NCBI GenBank assembly: GCA_026388215.1 | Contig: JAPLKF010000164.1 | Location: forward strand, 1-53,848 | Reading direction: 5' to 3' | Source: Pseudomonadota bacterium | GTDB lineage: Bacteria > Desulfobacterota > Syntrophorhabdia > Syntrophorhabdales > Syntrophorhabdaceae | DNA: 53,848 bases | Part shown: one piece after another, positions 44,643-53,245 of the stretch | Layout: every line of letters starts with the position of its first letter | Numbering within the stretch: position 1 is the stretch's first letter | The notes under the pieces: generated by a model | What the model was told of the DNA's origin: nothing | Databases searched by the model: none | What the model saw: the letters and a program-made list of their open reading frames with translations, nothing else | Translations under genes and position numbers: made by a program

Positions 44643-45575
44643 ATGGAGTATGTCCTCTTTGAAAAAACGGAACTTTGGATTAGCCCGGTGAAATTGAGTG
44701 GGGTTGATCTGAGCATGTGCGCTCAGGTGGCTTCCCAAGTATTGGGACTCGAACCTGAAGAGATCATGGTTACAGATGTTCTCGATGATTGCCTCACACT
44801 AGACGTGTTAGTTCCAAAAATCAGAGCAGAACGGATCATAGCTCGTGAAAAGGCCCTGCTGGAGGCTCTGGCAACTATCCCTGGTGTAGGGATCACGGCA
44901 GATACGACGATCCACTCGTCCGGGATTTTGGGACTGATCAGTCTTGATGAAGCGACAGGGAAGAAAGTGTTGAAGAGATCCCGCGTCCTAGGTGCACAGA
45001 TTGCCGAAAGAATTCGAAAACGAGCCATAGTTTTTGCCACAGGGAAAGAAGTTCTCAATGGGCAAATCCAGGATACGAACACTCCATTCATAATCACAAA
45101 GCTGCGGTCGGAAGGCTACCATGTACTGAAAGGACCGATATTAGAAGACAGTACCACTGCAATTTCGAGAGCCTTTTATCGGGCAGCAGATGATGGCTAC
45201 GGAATTGTCATCACCACGGGCGGCATTGGGGCTGAAAGTAAGGATCAGACCCTGTCAGGCTTGTCTCAAGTGGACCCTCAGGCGCTCATGCCTTATATCC
45301 TCAAATTTGAGCAGGGCCAGGGCCGCCACGCGAAAGACGGTGTGCGCATTGGAGTGGGTGTCTTAGAGCAAACGCTGATTATTTGCCTTCCCGGTCCTCA
45401 TGATGAGGTTGCACTGGCTTGGCCCGCTTTGCTTGATGGCCTAAAAACTAACATGGGCAAAGAAGGCTTGGCTGACACTATAGCCGACGCATTGCGGCAC
45501 AAATTCCTTTCACGCACTGGTCACAACGCTCCGAGTCTTGGTCATCATTGTAAGGAGGGCTCGTATGGCTCTTAG
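44643..45575 (+). CDS. MoCF-biosynthesis/CinA-N-terminal-type (MoaB/MogA fold) domain protein with a ~125-aa unknown N-terminal domain
   Basis: ...AIVFATGKEVLNGQIQDTNTPFIITKLRSEGYHV... and ...IVITTGGIGAESKDQT... are MoCF_biosynth signatures. Confidence 0.6.
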   Translation: MEYVLFEKTELWISPVKLSGVDLSMCAQVASQVLGLEPEEIMVTDVLDDCLTLDVLVPKIRAERIIAREKALLEALATIPGVGITADTTIHSSGILGLISLDEATGKKVLKRSRVLGAQIAERIRKRAIVFATGKEVLNGQIQDTNTPFIITKLRSEGYHVLKGPILEDSTTAISRAFYRAADDGYGIVITTGGIGAESKDQTLSGLSQVDPQALMPYILKFEQGQGRHAKDGVRIGVGVLEQTLIICLPGPHDEVALAWPALLDGLKTNMGKEGLADTIADALRHKFLSRTGHNAPSLGHHCKEGSYGS

Positions 45576-46353
45576 CAAAATGGTACTTGAGGAGGCTGCT
45601 CAGAGACTTCTTGCTGCATCTCGTAACGTAGAGCCCATAGATCCGCTGACGGAAACTTATCCGGGGATCACTGTGGAAGAAGCCTACCGTATCCAACTCC
45701 GGGTCATGGATATGAAAAAATCGGCCGGACAGGTGGTGGTGGGTAAAAAGATCGGCTTAACCAGTCTGGCCATGCAGGCCATGCTTGGGGTCAAAGAACC
45801 TGATTACGGGCACATCCTGAACGGCATGGTGGTCATGGAAGGGGAGAAGATCCCCGTCGGCGAGCTCATCGCCCCGCGCATCGAAGGGGAAATCGCCTTT
45901 GTTCTGAAGGAAGATCTGAAGGGCCCGGGAGTGACCTTGACCGATGTCCTGCGGTGCAGCGAAGGGGTGATTCCGGCTTTCGAGATCATCGACAGCCGCA
46001 TCCGCGACTGGAAGATCAAGCTTCCCGACACTGTGGCGGATAATGCTTCGAGCGCCCGTATCGTTCTGGGTGGCGTTCTTACTGCCGCTCAGGCCATCGA
46101 CCTTCGGACCGTGGGAATGGTGATGGAAAAGAACGGAGAGGTCCTGGCCACGGCGGCCGGGGCGGCCGTGCTGGGCCATCCGGCTCAGGCAGTTGCTTGG
46201 CTGGCCAACAAGCTCTCTGCGTATGGGATCGTCCTTCGGAAAGGGGAGGTCGTCCTTTCGGGTTCCTTGACGGCCGCCGCACCGGTTGCGGCGGGAGATT
46301 TCTTCAGAGCCGATTTCGGATCCCTCGGGGATGTGAAAATCAAATTCATTTGA
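45565..46353 (+). CDS. FAH-family 2-oxopent-4-enoate (2-keto-4-pentenoate) hydratase / 4-oxalocrotonate decarboxylase-like
   Basis: ...AYRIQ...GKKIGLTS...MQ......PDYG.L... and ...EGEIAFVL... fit the MhpD/XylJ/XylI pattern. ATG 45565 after AAGGAGGG. Confidence 0.75.
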   Translation: MALSKMVLEEAAQRLLAASRNVEPIDPLTETYPGITVEEAYRIQLRVMDMKKSAGQVVVGKKIGLTSLAMQAMLGVKEPDYGHILNGMVVMEGEKIPVGELIAPRIEGEIAFVLKEDLKGPGVTLTDVLRCSEGVIPAFEIIDSRIRDWKIKLPDTVADNASSARIVLGGVLTAAQAIDLRTVGMVMEKNGEVLATAAGAAVLGHPAQAVAWLANKLSAYGIVLRKGEVVLSGSLTAAAPVAAGDFFRADFGSLGDVKIKFI

Positions 46354-46442
46354 TGTGAAGAGTAAGGTTATGGAAATTCATTCCGGGCTCCTCCACAGAA
46401 TTTGTGCTGAAGACAAGGGGGAAAAGAAGGAAATCATACATT

Positions 46443-46508
46443 TTATCAGTAGGGGGTGCAAAATGAAAGAACGTATTATCAGTAGGGGGTGCAAAATGAA
46501 AGAACGTA
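46443..46508 (+). repeat. Perfect 33-bp tandem duplication covering the RBS and start codon of the binding-protein gene
   Basis: TTATCAGTAGGGGGTGCAAAATGAAAGAACGTA occurs twice back to back (46443-46475 and 46476-46508). Confidence 0.9.
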
Positions 46509-47788
46509 GATATTTGCTGAAGTTGGCAGTTGTCCAAATTTTGTTTATGAGCCTGGCCGTTGGATTGATGGTCATGCCTTCGTCATCAGCGCTGGCTGCG
46601 GCCAAACCTGCGGAGTTGAAGATCGCGGTCGTACAGAGCCTGTCAGGTCCCGGAGTGCCTCACGATATATCCGCTGTCAACGCTGCCAAACTACTCATTG
46701 AGCAGTTTAATGCGGCGGGAGGGATAGACGGCGTCAAACTCAAAGGGATCTTTGTAGACGCAACGGGGTCTACGACTGACAAAGTTGTAGAGTTTCAACG
46801 TTTGGTCCAGGATGAAAAAGTGGATGTAGTTATCGGCTATACCTCAAGTTCTCAATGTCTGGCTATAGCACCGGCGGCGGATAGGCTAAAAACACTAACC
46901 ATCTTTCAGGTGTGTGCAAATTACCGCTTGTTCGAACAGCGGAATTATGAGTATGTCTTCAGAACGTCGGCGGACTCCGTGTCGGAAAATGTTGCTGCCG
47001 CGCTTTATGTACTCGAGATTAAACCCGACCTCAAGACCATCGCCGGAATGAATTACGACTACGCCTATGGGCGCGATTCCTGGGATATGTTCAAAAAGGC
47101 CGTCCTTAAGCTGAAACCAGATGTGAAGGTGGTCGGCGAGCTGTGGACGAAATTCCTCGCGACAGAGTACTCGGCAGAAGTGTCAAAGCTTCTCGCACTC
47201 AAACCTGATGTAATCCATACCGTAAACTGGGGCACTGGCCTGACCTCCTTTATCAAAGTTGCCAGCATGCGTGGCTTGTTTAAGCAGAGCTTGTTAGTGG
47301 CAACCACGGGGCTTCTGCACCAGGCGGAGATGTTACCCAAAGGTGTAGCGTTCTCCGGCCGCGGTTATCACCTTCAGTTTCCTGATCCAGACAAATTTGA
47401 GCCGAACCGGAAGTTTATTGAGAGTTACAAGGGCAAGTTCGGCGTAAATCCCGATTACCAAGGCCATTTCATGGCCCAAGCCATGTATGGTCTGAAGGCG
47501 GGAATTGAAAAGGCAATCAAAACTAAGGGGGGCAAGTGGCCAAGCACTGAAGAAATCGTTTTGGCAATGGAAAACCTACGATATGAAACCCCTCGCGGGG
47601 AGGTATTCATACAGAAAAATCATCAGGCTGTACATGAGAGCATGTGGGGCCTGACCACGGGTAAACTCCATCCCAAATACGGTTACCCACTACTGGATCA
47701 TTTTAGGGTGTACCCCACTGTTCAGGTGAACAATCCCCCCGAGACCAAGGCGGTCGAATGGATCGAAAGTTGGCCTAAGAAGAAATGA
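46496..47788 (+). CDS. ABC transporter substrate-binding protein, Leu/Ile/Val-binding (LivJ/K, Peripla_BP_6) family
   Basis: Signal peptide MKERRYLLKLAVVQILFMSLAVGLMVMPSSSALA, and a mature part typical of branched-chain/aromatic-acid binding proteins. An alternative in-frame start at 46463 comes from the duplication. Confidence 0.8.
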   Translation: MKERRYLLKLAVVQILFMSLAVGLMVMPSSSALAAAKPAELKIAVVQSLSGPGVPHDISAVNAAKLLIEQFNAAGGIDGVKLKGIFVDATGSTTDKVVEFQRLVQDEKVDVVIGYTSSSQCLAIAPAADRLKTLTIFQVCANYRLFEQRNYEYVFRTSADSVSENVAAALYVLEIKPDLKTIAGMNYDYAYGRDSWDMFKKAVLKLKPDVKVVGELWTKFLATEYSAEVSKLLALKPDVIHTVNWGTGLTSFIKVASMRGLFKQSLLVATTGLLHQAEMLPKGVAFSGRGYHLQFPDPDKFEPNRKFIESYKGKFGVNPDYQGHFMAQAMYGLKAGIEKAIKTKGGKWPSTEEIVLAMENLRYETPRGEVFIQKNHQAVHESMWGLTTGKLHPKYGYPLLDHFRVYPTVQVNNPPETKAVEWIESWPKKK

Positions 47789-47913
47789 TGCAGGGTGTAT
47801 AATCGCCAAAAGACTAACACGCGATTGGAGTCATCCGGGCCTATGTTTAGATTCCTACGTCCGGATGACTCATCAGGAAGTAAGCGTTTTGGGCTCATAT
47901 TAGGAGGATCACA

Positions 47914-48810
47914 ATGGACATTGTGGGCATTATCGTGCTGGATAGTGTGGTGTTTGCTTCTTGGCTATTTCTCGTATCAGCCGGCATCACCTTTATCTTC
48001 GGCGTACTGCACATCCTGAACGTTGCGCACGGAAGCATCTTTGCACTCGGTGCATACATGGGCGCCTGGCTTGCGGCTTGGTTCCTCGGCGGCCAATATC
48101 CCGTCTGGTTGAGCTTTCCGTTGCTAGTTGTCGGCGCCATACTCGTGGCCGTCACAGTTGGACCACTCATTGAACGCGTATTCTTGAAGCGCATCTACCA
48201 AGAAGAGGAGGCCATTCCCCTGCTGACCACGTTTGCCCTTTTCCTCATCCTAGAGGACGTGATTAAGTTGGTGTGGGGGATCGAGCCTCGTTTTGTGAAT
48301 GCCCCTTTTTCTATTATGGGACAGGTGAGGTTGTTCGGCATTTCCTATGCCGGATATCCATTCCTGCTGGTATGTATTTCGATTTTTTGCGCGGTCATAC
48401 TTTGGTTGGTAATTAACCGGACCCTTTTCGGTAGACAACTGATCTCTGTTATTGGTGACCGGGAGATCAGTTCCGCCATGGGTATCAATGTTCCGAGAAT
48501 CGATACGTTCGCCTTTACTTTAGGGTCATTTCTGGCGGCCCTCGGGGGTGCTTTCACCGCCCCTATGATTTCAGTAGAACCGGGTATGGGTATAGAGGTT
48601 ATAGTGTTGGCCTTTGCAGTGGTGGCCATTGGGGGGCTGGGTAGTATCGGCGGTGCGGCGATTGGCTGTCTCCTCGTGGGCTTCGCGCGGGTCGCCGCCG
48701 TTCAGTTCTATCCTGAGCTCGAGCTTTTTGTCATTTACACACTGATGGTCTTAGTGCTCATCTTTCGCCCCCACGGGTTCTTCGGAGGAATAGAGGTACG
48801 CCGAATATGA
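47914..48810 (+). CDS. Branched-chain-type ABC transporter permease (LivH-like)
   Basis: 298-aa polytopic protein with ...ILNVAHGS... and ...IGDREISSAMGINV... LivH signatures. RBS AGGAGG. Confidence 0.85.
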   Translation: MDIVGIIVLDSVVFASWLFLVSAGITFIFGVLHILNVAHGSIFALGAYMGAWLAAWFLGGQYPVWLSFPLLVVGAILVAVTVGPLIERVFLKRIYQEEEAIPLLTTFALFLILEDVIKLVWGIEPRFVNAPFSIMGQVRLFGISYAGYPFLLVCISIFCAVILWLVINRTLFGRQLISVIGDREISSAMGINVPRIDTFAFTLGSFLAALGGAFTAPMISVEPGMGIEVIVLAFAVVAIGGLGSIGGAAIGCLLVGFARVAAVQFYPELELFVIYTLMVLVLIFRPHGFFGGIEVRRI

Positions 48811-49772
48811 GACTACTAAAGAGATTCAAGGTCGGTTTTTCAGTAGCAATAATGACGGGCGTTGTCCTATTCGCTGTTGCTCCGCTCCTACTTCCAGACT
48901 GGATCATCTACGTACTGACTATGGCTTTAGCCAAAGGAATGGTGGCATTTGGGGTGGCCCTAGTTTTGCGTGGCGGGCTCATCTCCTTTGGGCACGGGCT
49001 TTACTATGCAGCCGGGGCTTACGCAGCAGCTTTTGCTGTGAACCGATGGAATATCAGGGAATCACTGATCTTAATTCCTCTTTGTGTACTGACAGGGGCT
49101 GCGCTGGCTGCTCTCGCGGGCATGTTTCTTAAGCGATATCGGGGGATATTCTTCGCCCTGCTCAGCCTGGCGTTTTCTATGATTTTGTATACGTTACTCT
49201 TTAAGTTTTACGATGTGACAGGGGGCACGGACGGAATGCACATTCCATCGGTCAAGATTCTTGGTATCCAGCCGGCGGCAGAGGGCTTTTTTTATATCTA
49301 CCACTACTATCTCACACTGATCCTGATGATTGGGGTGCTTTATATTGGCTGGCGTTTTATCTCTTCCCCGCTGGGTTACTTGATGCAAGCAGTACACGAC
49401 AATGAAATCCGTGTCGAATACATGGGGGCCTCCGTGGAGAGATCGATCTACCTTACCTATGTTTTCTCCGGCGCCCTGGGTGGACTGGGAGGGGGTTTAG
49501 TAGCGCTTGCTGTCAAGCATGTCTCACCAGAGTTCGCCTATTGGACGGCTTCTGCCGATTTTGTGTTCGTCGCAATCTTGGGGGGCACGGGTAGCGTCTT
49601 TGCGCCATTTCTTGGATCGATTGTGTTCGAGTTCGTGAAGAATTACGCCTTCAAGTTTTCGCCCAATACCTGGCAGATGACCTTAGGGGGGATATTACTG
49701 CTGATTATATTTTTCTTGCCACAAGGCCTTTGGAGCCTCGCTAAAACCATCAAGAGGAAGGAAATGCAATGA
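48807..49772 (+). CDS. Branched-chain-type ABC transporter permease (LivM-like)
   Basis: 321-aa polytopic protein with ...GLISFGHGLYYAAGAY... and ...AVHDNEIRVEYMG.... ATGA overlap with the previous gene. Confidence 0.85.
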   Translation: MRLLKRFKVGFSVAIMTGVVLFAVAPLLLPDWIIYVLTMALAKGMVAFGVALVLRGGLISFGHGLYYAAGAYAAAFAVNRWNIRESLILIPLCVLTGAALAALAGMFLKRYRGIFFALLSLAFSMILYTLLFKFYDVTGGTDGMHIPSVKILGIQPAAEGFFYIYHYYLTLILMIGVLYIGWRFISSPLGYLMQAVHDNEIRVEYMGASVERSIYLTYVFSGALGGLGGGLVALAVKHVSPEFAYWTASADFVFVAILGGTGSVFAPFLGSIVFEFVKNYAFKFSPNTWQMTLGGILLLIIFFLPQGLWSLAKTIKRKEMQ

Positions 49773-50515
49773 CATCTATCCTTGAAACAGTGAGCCTGCA
49801 CAAGAATTTCGGGATGGTCGTGGCCGCCCGTGACATCAACTTCAGCATCAGCAAAGGAGAGGTGGTAGGTATTATCGGTTCAAACGGGTCCGGCAAGACA
49901 ACCCTACTCAATCTGATCACCGGCTATGTAGAGCCAACGAGCGGTGAAATCCGTTTCCAAGGTAGAATTATTACCGGGTTTTCCCCAAGACGGTTGATTG
50001 CCTTGGGTATCGGCAGGTCCTTTCAGATACCGCAGCTTTACACCGGCCTCACAGTTCTCGAAAACATACTCATTGCGGTGGCTATTCGGTCGGGAAAGAG
50101 CTGGGATTTCTGGAATTCTCTTAATAGGGATTCGCGGATGGAAGAGACCTTTGGGGTCCTCAAACAGTTTGGCTTTGAAGACGATGCCAGGCAGGTGGTT
50201 GCCAACTTGCCCGAAGGTGGAAGAAAGCTCTTGGATGTGGCGCTATCCTTTGTTTTGAAGCCCAAGCTCTTGCTGATGGATGAGCCCACCAGTGGCGTGA
50301 GCCGGAAAGAGAAATTCGCGGTCATGGACACGCTACTCAACACACTCAAGGATGCAGGGGTAACAATAGTGTTTGTCGAGCACGACATGGACATCGTTGA
50401 GAGATATGCAGAGCGGGTACTGGTTTTCGACAATGGTGTAGTCATTGCTGATGGCACGGTGAATGCGGTCTTAGCCGATGCAACGGTCAGGCAAGCCATC
50501 TTAGGGGTTGAATAA
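49769..50515 (+). CDS. ABC transporter ATP-binding protein (LivG-like)
   Basis: Walker A GSNGSGKTT, a degenerate signature PEGGRKLLDVA, and Walker B LLLMDEPTSG. Confidence 0.85.
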   Translation: MTSILETVSLHKNFGMVVAARDINFSISKGEVVGIIGSNGSGKTTLLNLITGYVEPTSGEIRFQGRIITGFSPRRLIALGIGRSFQIPQLYTGLTVLENILIAVAIRSGKSWDFWNSLNRDSRMEETFGVLKQFGFEDDARQVVANLPEGGRKLLDVALSFVLKPKLLLMDEPTSGVSRKEKFAVMDTLLNTLKDAGVTIVFVEHDMDIVERYAERVLVFDNGVVIADGTVNAVLADATVRQAILGVE

Positions 50516-50517
50516 CA

Positions 50518-51186
50518 ATGCTGTGTGTCGAAAAGATTACTGTCAATATTAGCGCCTACACCATACTCCGGGGCTTAACTCTAAAGGTGCCCACCGGCGG
50601 TATCGTTGCACTGGTGGGACGAAACGGCGCTGGAAAGACCACAACCATGCGAAGCATCATGGGCCTTACGCCCGTGAGTGAGGGTAAGATCAGCCTTGAT
50701 GATCACAATTTACGGCCTTTACCATCTCATCAGAGGGCAAAGCTTGGTATAGGATACCTGCCGGAGGACCGCAGGCTGATCAATGCTCTGACAGTCGAAG
50801 ACAATCTTCTGGTCCCCGTTCAGGCCCTGGGTTTATCAGAGGCAGAGGCTGAGGCGCGATTAAAGAGTATCTACAGTCTGCTGCCAGAGGTTAGGGTGAT
50901 GGCGAATAGGAAAGCGGTGCAGTTAAGCGGTGGCCAACAAAAACTGGTTGCTCTAGCACGAAGTTTTGTGAACGGTAAGAAGCTTTTGTTACTTGATGAG
51001 CCTTTCGAAGGAATTTCTACGGCGCTTTCTCAAAAACTCGCACAGGTTATTCGTGAATTCCAAAATGCAGAGGAGGGGCTCTCCGTGCTTGTGGCCGAAT
51101 CTGACTTAAAGCGGGCGGCTATGCTGACCGATAGGGCCTATCTAATAGAGCGAGGGGAAGTGGATGAAGAAAGTTTCATAGGATAG
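50518..51186 (+). CDS. ABC transporter ATP-binding protein (LivF-like)
   Basis: Walker A GRNGAGKTT, signature LSGGQQK, and Walker B LLLLDEPFEG. Confidence 0.85.
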   Translation: MLCVEKITVNISAYTILRGLTLKVPTGGIVALVGRNGAGKTTTMRSIMGLTPVSEGKISLDDHNLRPLPSHQRAKLGIGYLPEDRRLINALTVEDNLLVPVQALGLSEAEAEARLKSIYSLLPEVRVMANRKAVQLSGGQQKLVALARSFVNGKKLLLLDEPFEGISTALSQKLAQVIREFQNAEEGLSVLVAESDLKRAAMLTDRAYLIERGEVDEESFIG

Positions 51187-51367
51187 GCAAATCCAAATTT
51201 TCTTTCGACGCCAATAATACGAACGAATTCATCTCTTGGCACGCAGTTGCTGCTTTTCGATAAGTTATTGCAGCCGAAGGAAGGAGGGCAACATGAGGGT
51301 ATTCGTGTCCACTATTGACATCAGGGGTCATTCGTAAGAATTGTGCACAAGAAAGGTGGGGATAAGC

Positions 51368-53245
51368 ATGAATAGTTCAAGAATTTTGTTAGGAAATGAG
51401 GCCATAGCGCGGGGTGCACTTAAGGCGGGCGTTGCCTATGCCGCAGGGTATCCAGGCACCCCCTCTTCAGAGATAATCGACTCATTGTCAAAGCACAAGG
51501 ACTCCTCAAGCCTCTATGTTGAATGGTCGGTGAACGAAAAGGTAGCGGCTGAAAGTGCTGCAGCTGCCGCTATTGCAGGGTTACGATCCATTACTCCAAT
51601 GAAGAACGCGGGGCTCAGCGTAGCGCTGGATTTTTTGACGCATTTGAGTATGACAGGCCTGGGGAACCGCAGGGGAGCCATGGTGGTCGTCGTTTGTGAC
51701 GACCCAGACGGACATTCAAGCGGAGACGAAACTGACTCCAGATGGCTGGCCAGGTTTAGCTATTCACCTCTCTTGGAGCCCACCAGTATTAGCGAAGCAA
51801 AAGAATTGATCGATTGGGCCTTTGATCTGTCGACTCGGTTCGCCTGTCATGTCATGTACAGAAGTTATACGCGGCTTTCGCATTCGAGCGCTCTCGTTGA
51901 ATTTGAAGATTTGCTTCGCGAACCTGTCCTTGCGCAAACGGATAATTCGACTTCCTTAAACCCGTATCTCGCAAGGCCCAAGCACGCTCAGGTCGTTGCG
52001 CGACTGGCGGAAATAAGAAAATACTTCGAGAAGGCCATGTTCAATTCCTATGAAGGCCCGGAGAATCCCGCACTAATCATAGTGAGCAGTGGCAACGGGT
52101 ACAGTTGTGCCCGAGATGCGATAGAGCTGCTTGGCTTGGAAGCCTTGGTAGGCATCCTGAAAATAGTCACACTTTGGCCTTTCCCGCTCGATACTGTGAT
52201 CCAGCACTTAAGCAGAGCGAGAGACGTACTCGTTGCTGAAGAGGTAGATCCCTTTGTTGAGGTGCACGTTAAAAGTGCTTTAGTTGAAAAGGGCCTCAGC
52301 AGGAAAGTTTATGGCCGGGAATCGGGGCATATTGATGCCTACGGCGAAATCACACCTGACCGGGTAGCCGAAGCGATTACCAGAATACTCAACGTCGGAA
52401 CTGATCTTCGTCAGAATGACTACCAAGTTCTTGTCACTGAACAGGCCGAACCTCTTATTAAGGAAAGGGAAGTAAGTTGGTGCGCCGGATGTCCCCACCG
52501 AGCTAGCTTCTGGGCACTAACTAAAGCAGTCAAGGCGGAACGCAGGGACATTTACGTCACCGGCGACATCGGATGTTACACCTTAGATGTTTTCCCCGGG
52601 GGCAAGGCGCAAATGAATGTGTTACATGCAATGGGATCTGGGGCTGGACTGGCTTCGGGGTTTGGGAAACTGAAGCAATTCGGCTACCATCAACCGGTTG
52701 TGTCGATTTGTGGTGACTCTACGTTCTTCCATGCTAGCATCCCTGCTGTAGTAAATGCAGTCCACAACAGATCAGAATTCCTGCTGATCATTTTGGACAA
52801 TCGCACCACAGCAATGACGGGATTCCAGCCCCACCCTGGAACGAATCTCAACGCTACAGGGGGGAGCGCAACCCCTGTTAGCTTGGAGAAGCTTTTCCGT
52901 TCAATCGGTTGCGATGTGACGGTTGCAGACCCATTCGATTCCAAAGACACTATCAAAACAATACGGAGGCTCTTAAGGGGCCAAGGGGTGCAAGTCCTCA
53001 TCCTTCGTCGCATGTGCGAACTGTTGCGGATGAGACAAGAAAAGATAAAACCGTATATGATCGCAATAAAGTCTGACCAGTGCAAAGGCGTAAAATGCGC
53101 CGTCTGCACCACGAGATTCGGATGTCCGGGCATTGTCTTGGATCCGACTACGGCTAAGGCGATGCTCAAACCGGAGATCTGCAGCGGGTGCGGCGTTTGT
53201 GCCGAAATCTGTCCTTCCAAGGCAATCGAGAGGAGGATGCCATGA
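51368..53245 (+). CDS. iorA: Indolepyruvate/arylpyruvate:ferredoxin oxidoreductase alpha subunit (IorA-type)
   Basis: ...AAGYPGTPSSEI..., TPP region ...GDIGCYT...GDSTFFH..., and C-terminal CxxC-type ferredoxin motifs (CKGVKCAVC..., CSGCGVCAEICP). ATG 51368 after AAAGGTGGGG. Confidence 0.8.
   Translation: MNSSRILLGNEAIARGALKAGVAYAAGYPGTPSSEIIDSLSKHKDSSSLYVEWSVNEKVAAESAAAAAIAGLRSITPMKNAGLSVALDFLTHLSMTGLGNRRGAMVVVVCDDPDGHSSGDETDSRWLARFSYSPLLEPTSISEAKELIDWAFDLSTRFACHVMYRSYTRLSHSSALVEFEDLLREPVLAQTDNSTSLNPYLARPKHAQVVARLAEIRKYFEKAMFNSYEGPENPALIIVSSGNGYSCARDAIELLGLEALVGILKIVTLWPFPLDTVIQHLSRARDVLVAEEVDPFVEVHVKSALVEKGLSRKVYGRESGHIDAYGEITPDRVAEAITRILNVGTDLRQNDYQVLVTEQAEPLIKEREVSWCAGCPHRASFWALTKAVKAERRDIYVTGDIGCYTLDVFPGGKAQMNVLHAMGSGAGLASGFGKLKQFGYHQPVVSICGDSTFFHASIPAVVNAVHNRSEFLLIILDNRTTAMTGFQPHPGTNLNATGGSATPVSLEKLFRSIGCDVTVADPFDSKDTIKTIRRLLRGQGVQVLILRRMCELLRMRQEKIKPYMIAIKSDQCKGVKCAVCTTRFGCPGIVLDPTTAKAMLKPEICSGCGVCAEICPSKAIERRMP

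Noticed and set aside
46355-46495. An extended N-terminus for the binding protein starting at the track's 46355.
   Set aside because: There is no RBS. The extension precedes a canonical signal peptide that begins at 46496 behind a GGGGG Shine-Dalgarno sequence, and the region contains the 33-bp duplication.
51237-51250. A sigma54-like TGGCAC-N4-TTGCT upstream of iorA.
   Set aside because: The GG-to-GC spacing is one nucleotide shorter than the strict -24/-12 consensus (TGGCAC-N5-TTGC), so it should not be called without further evidence.
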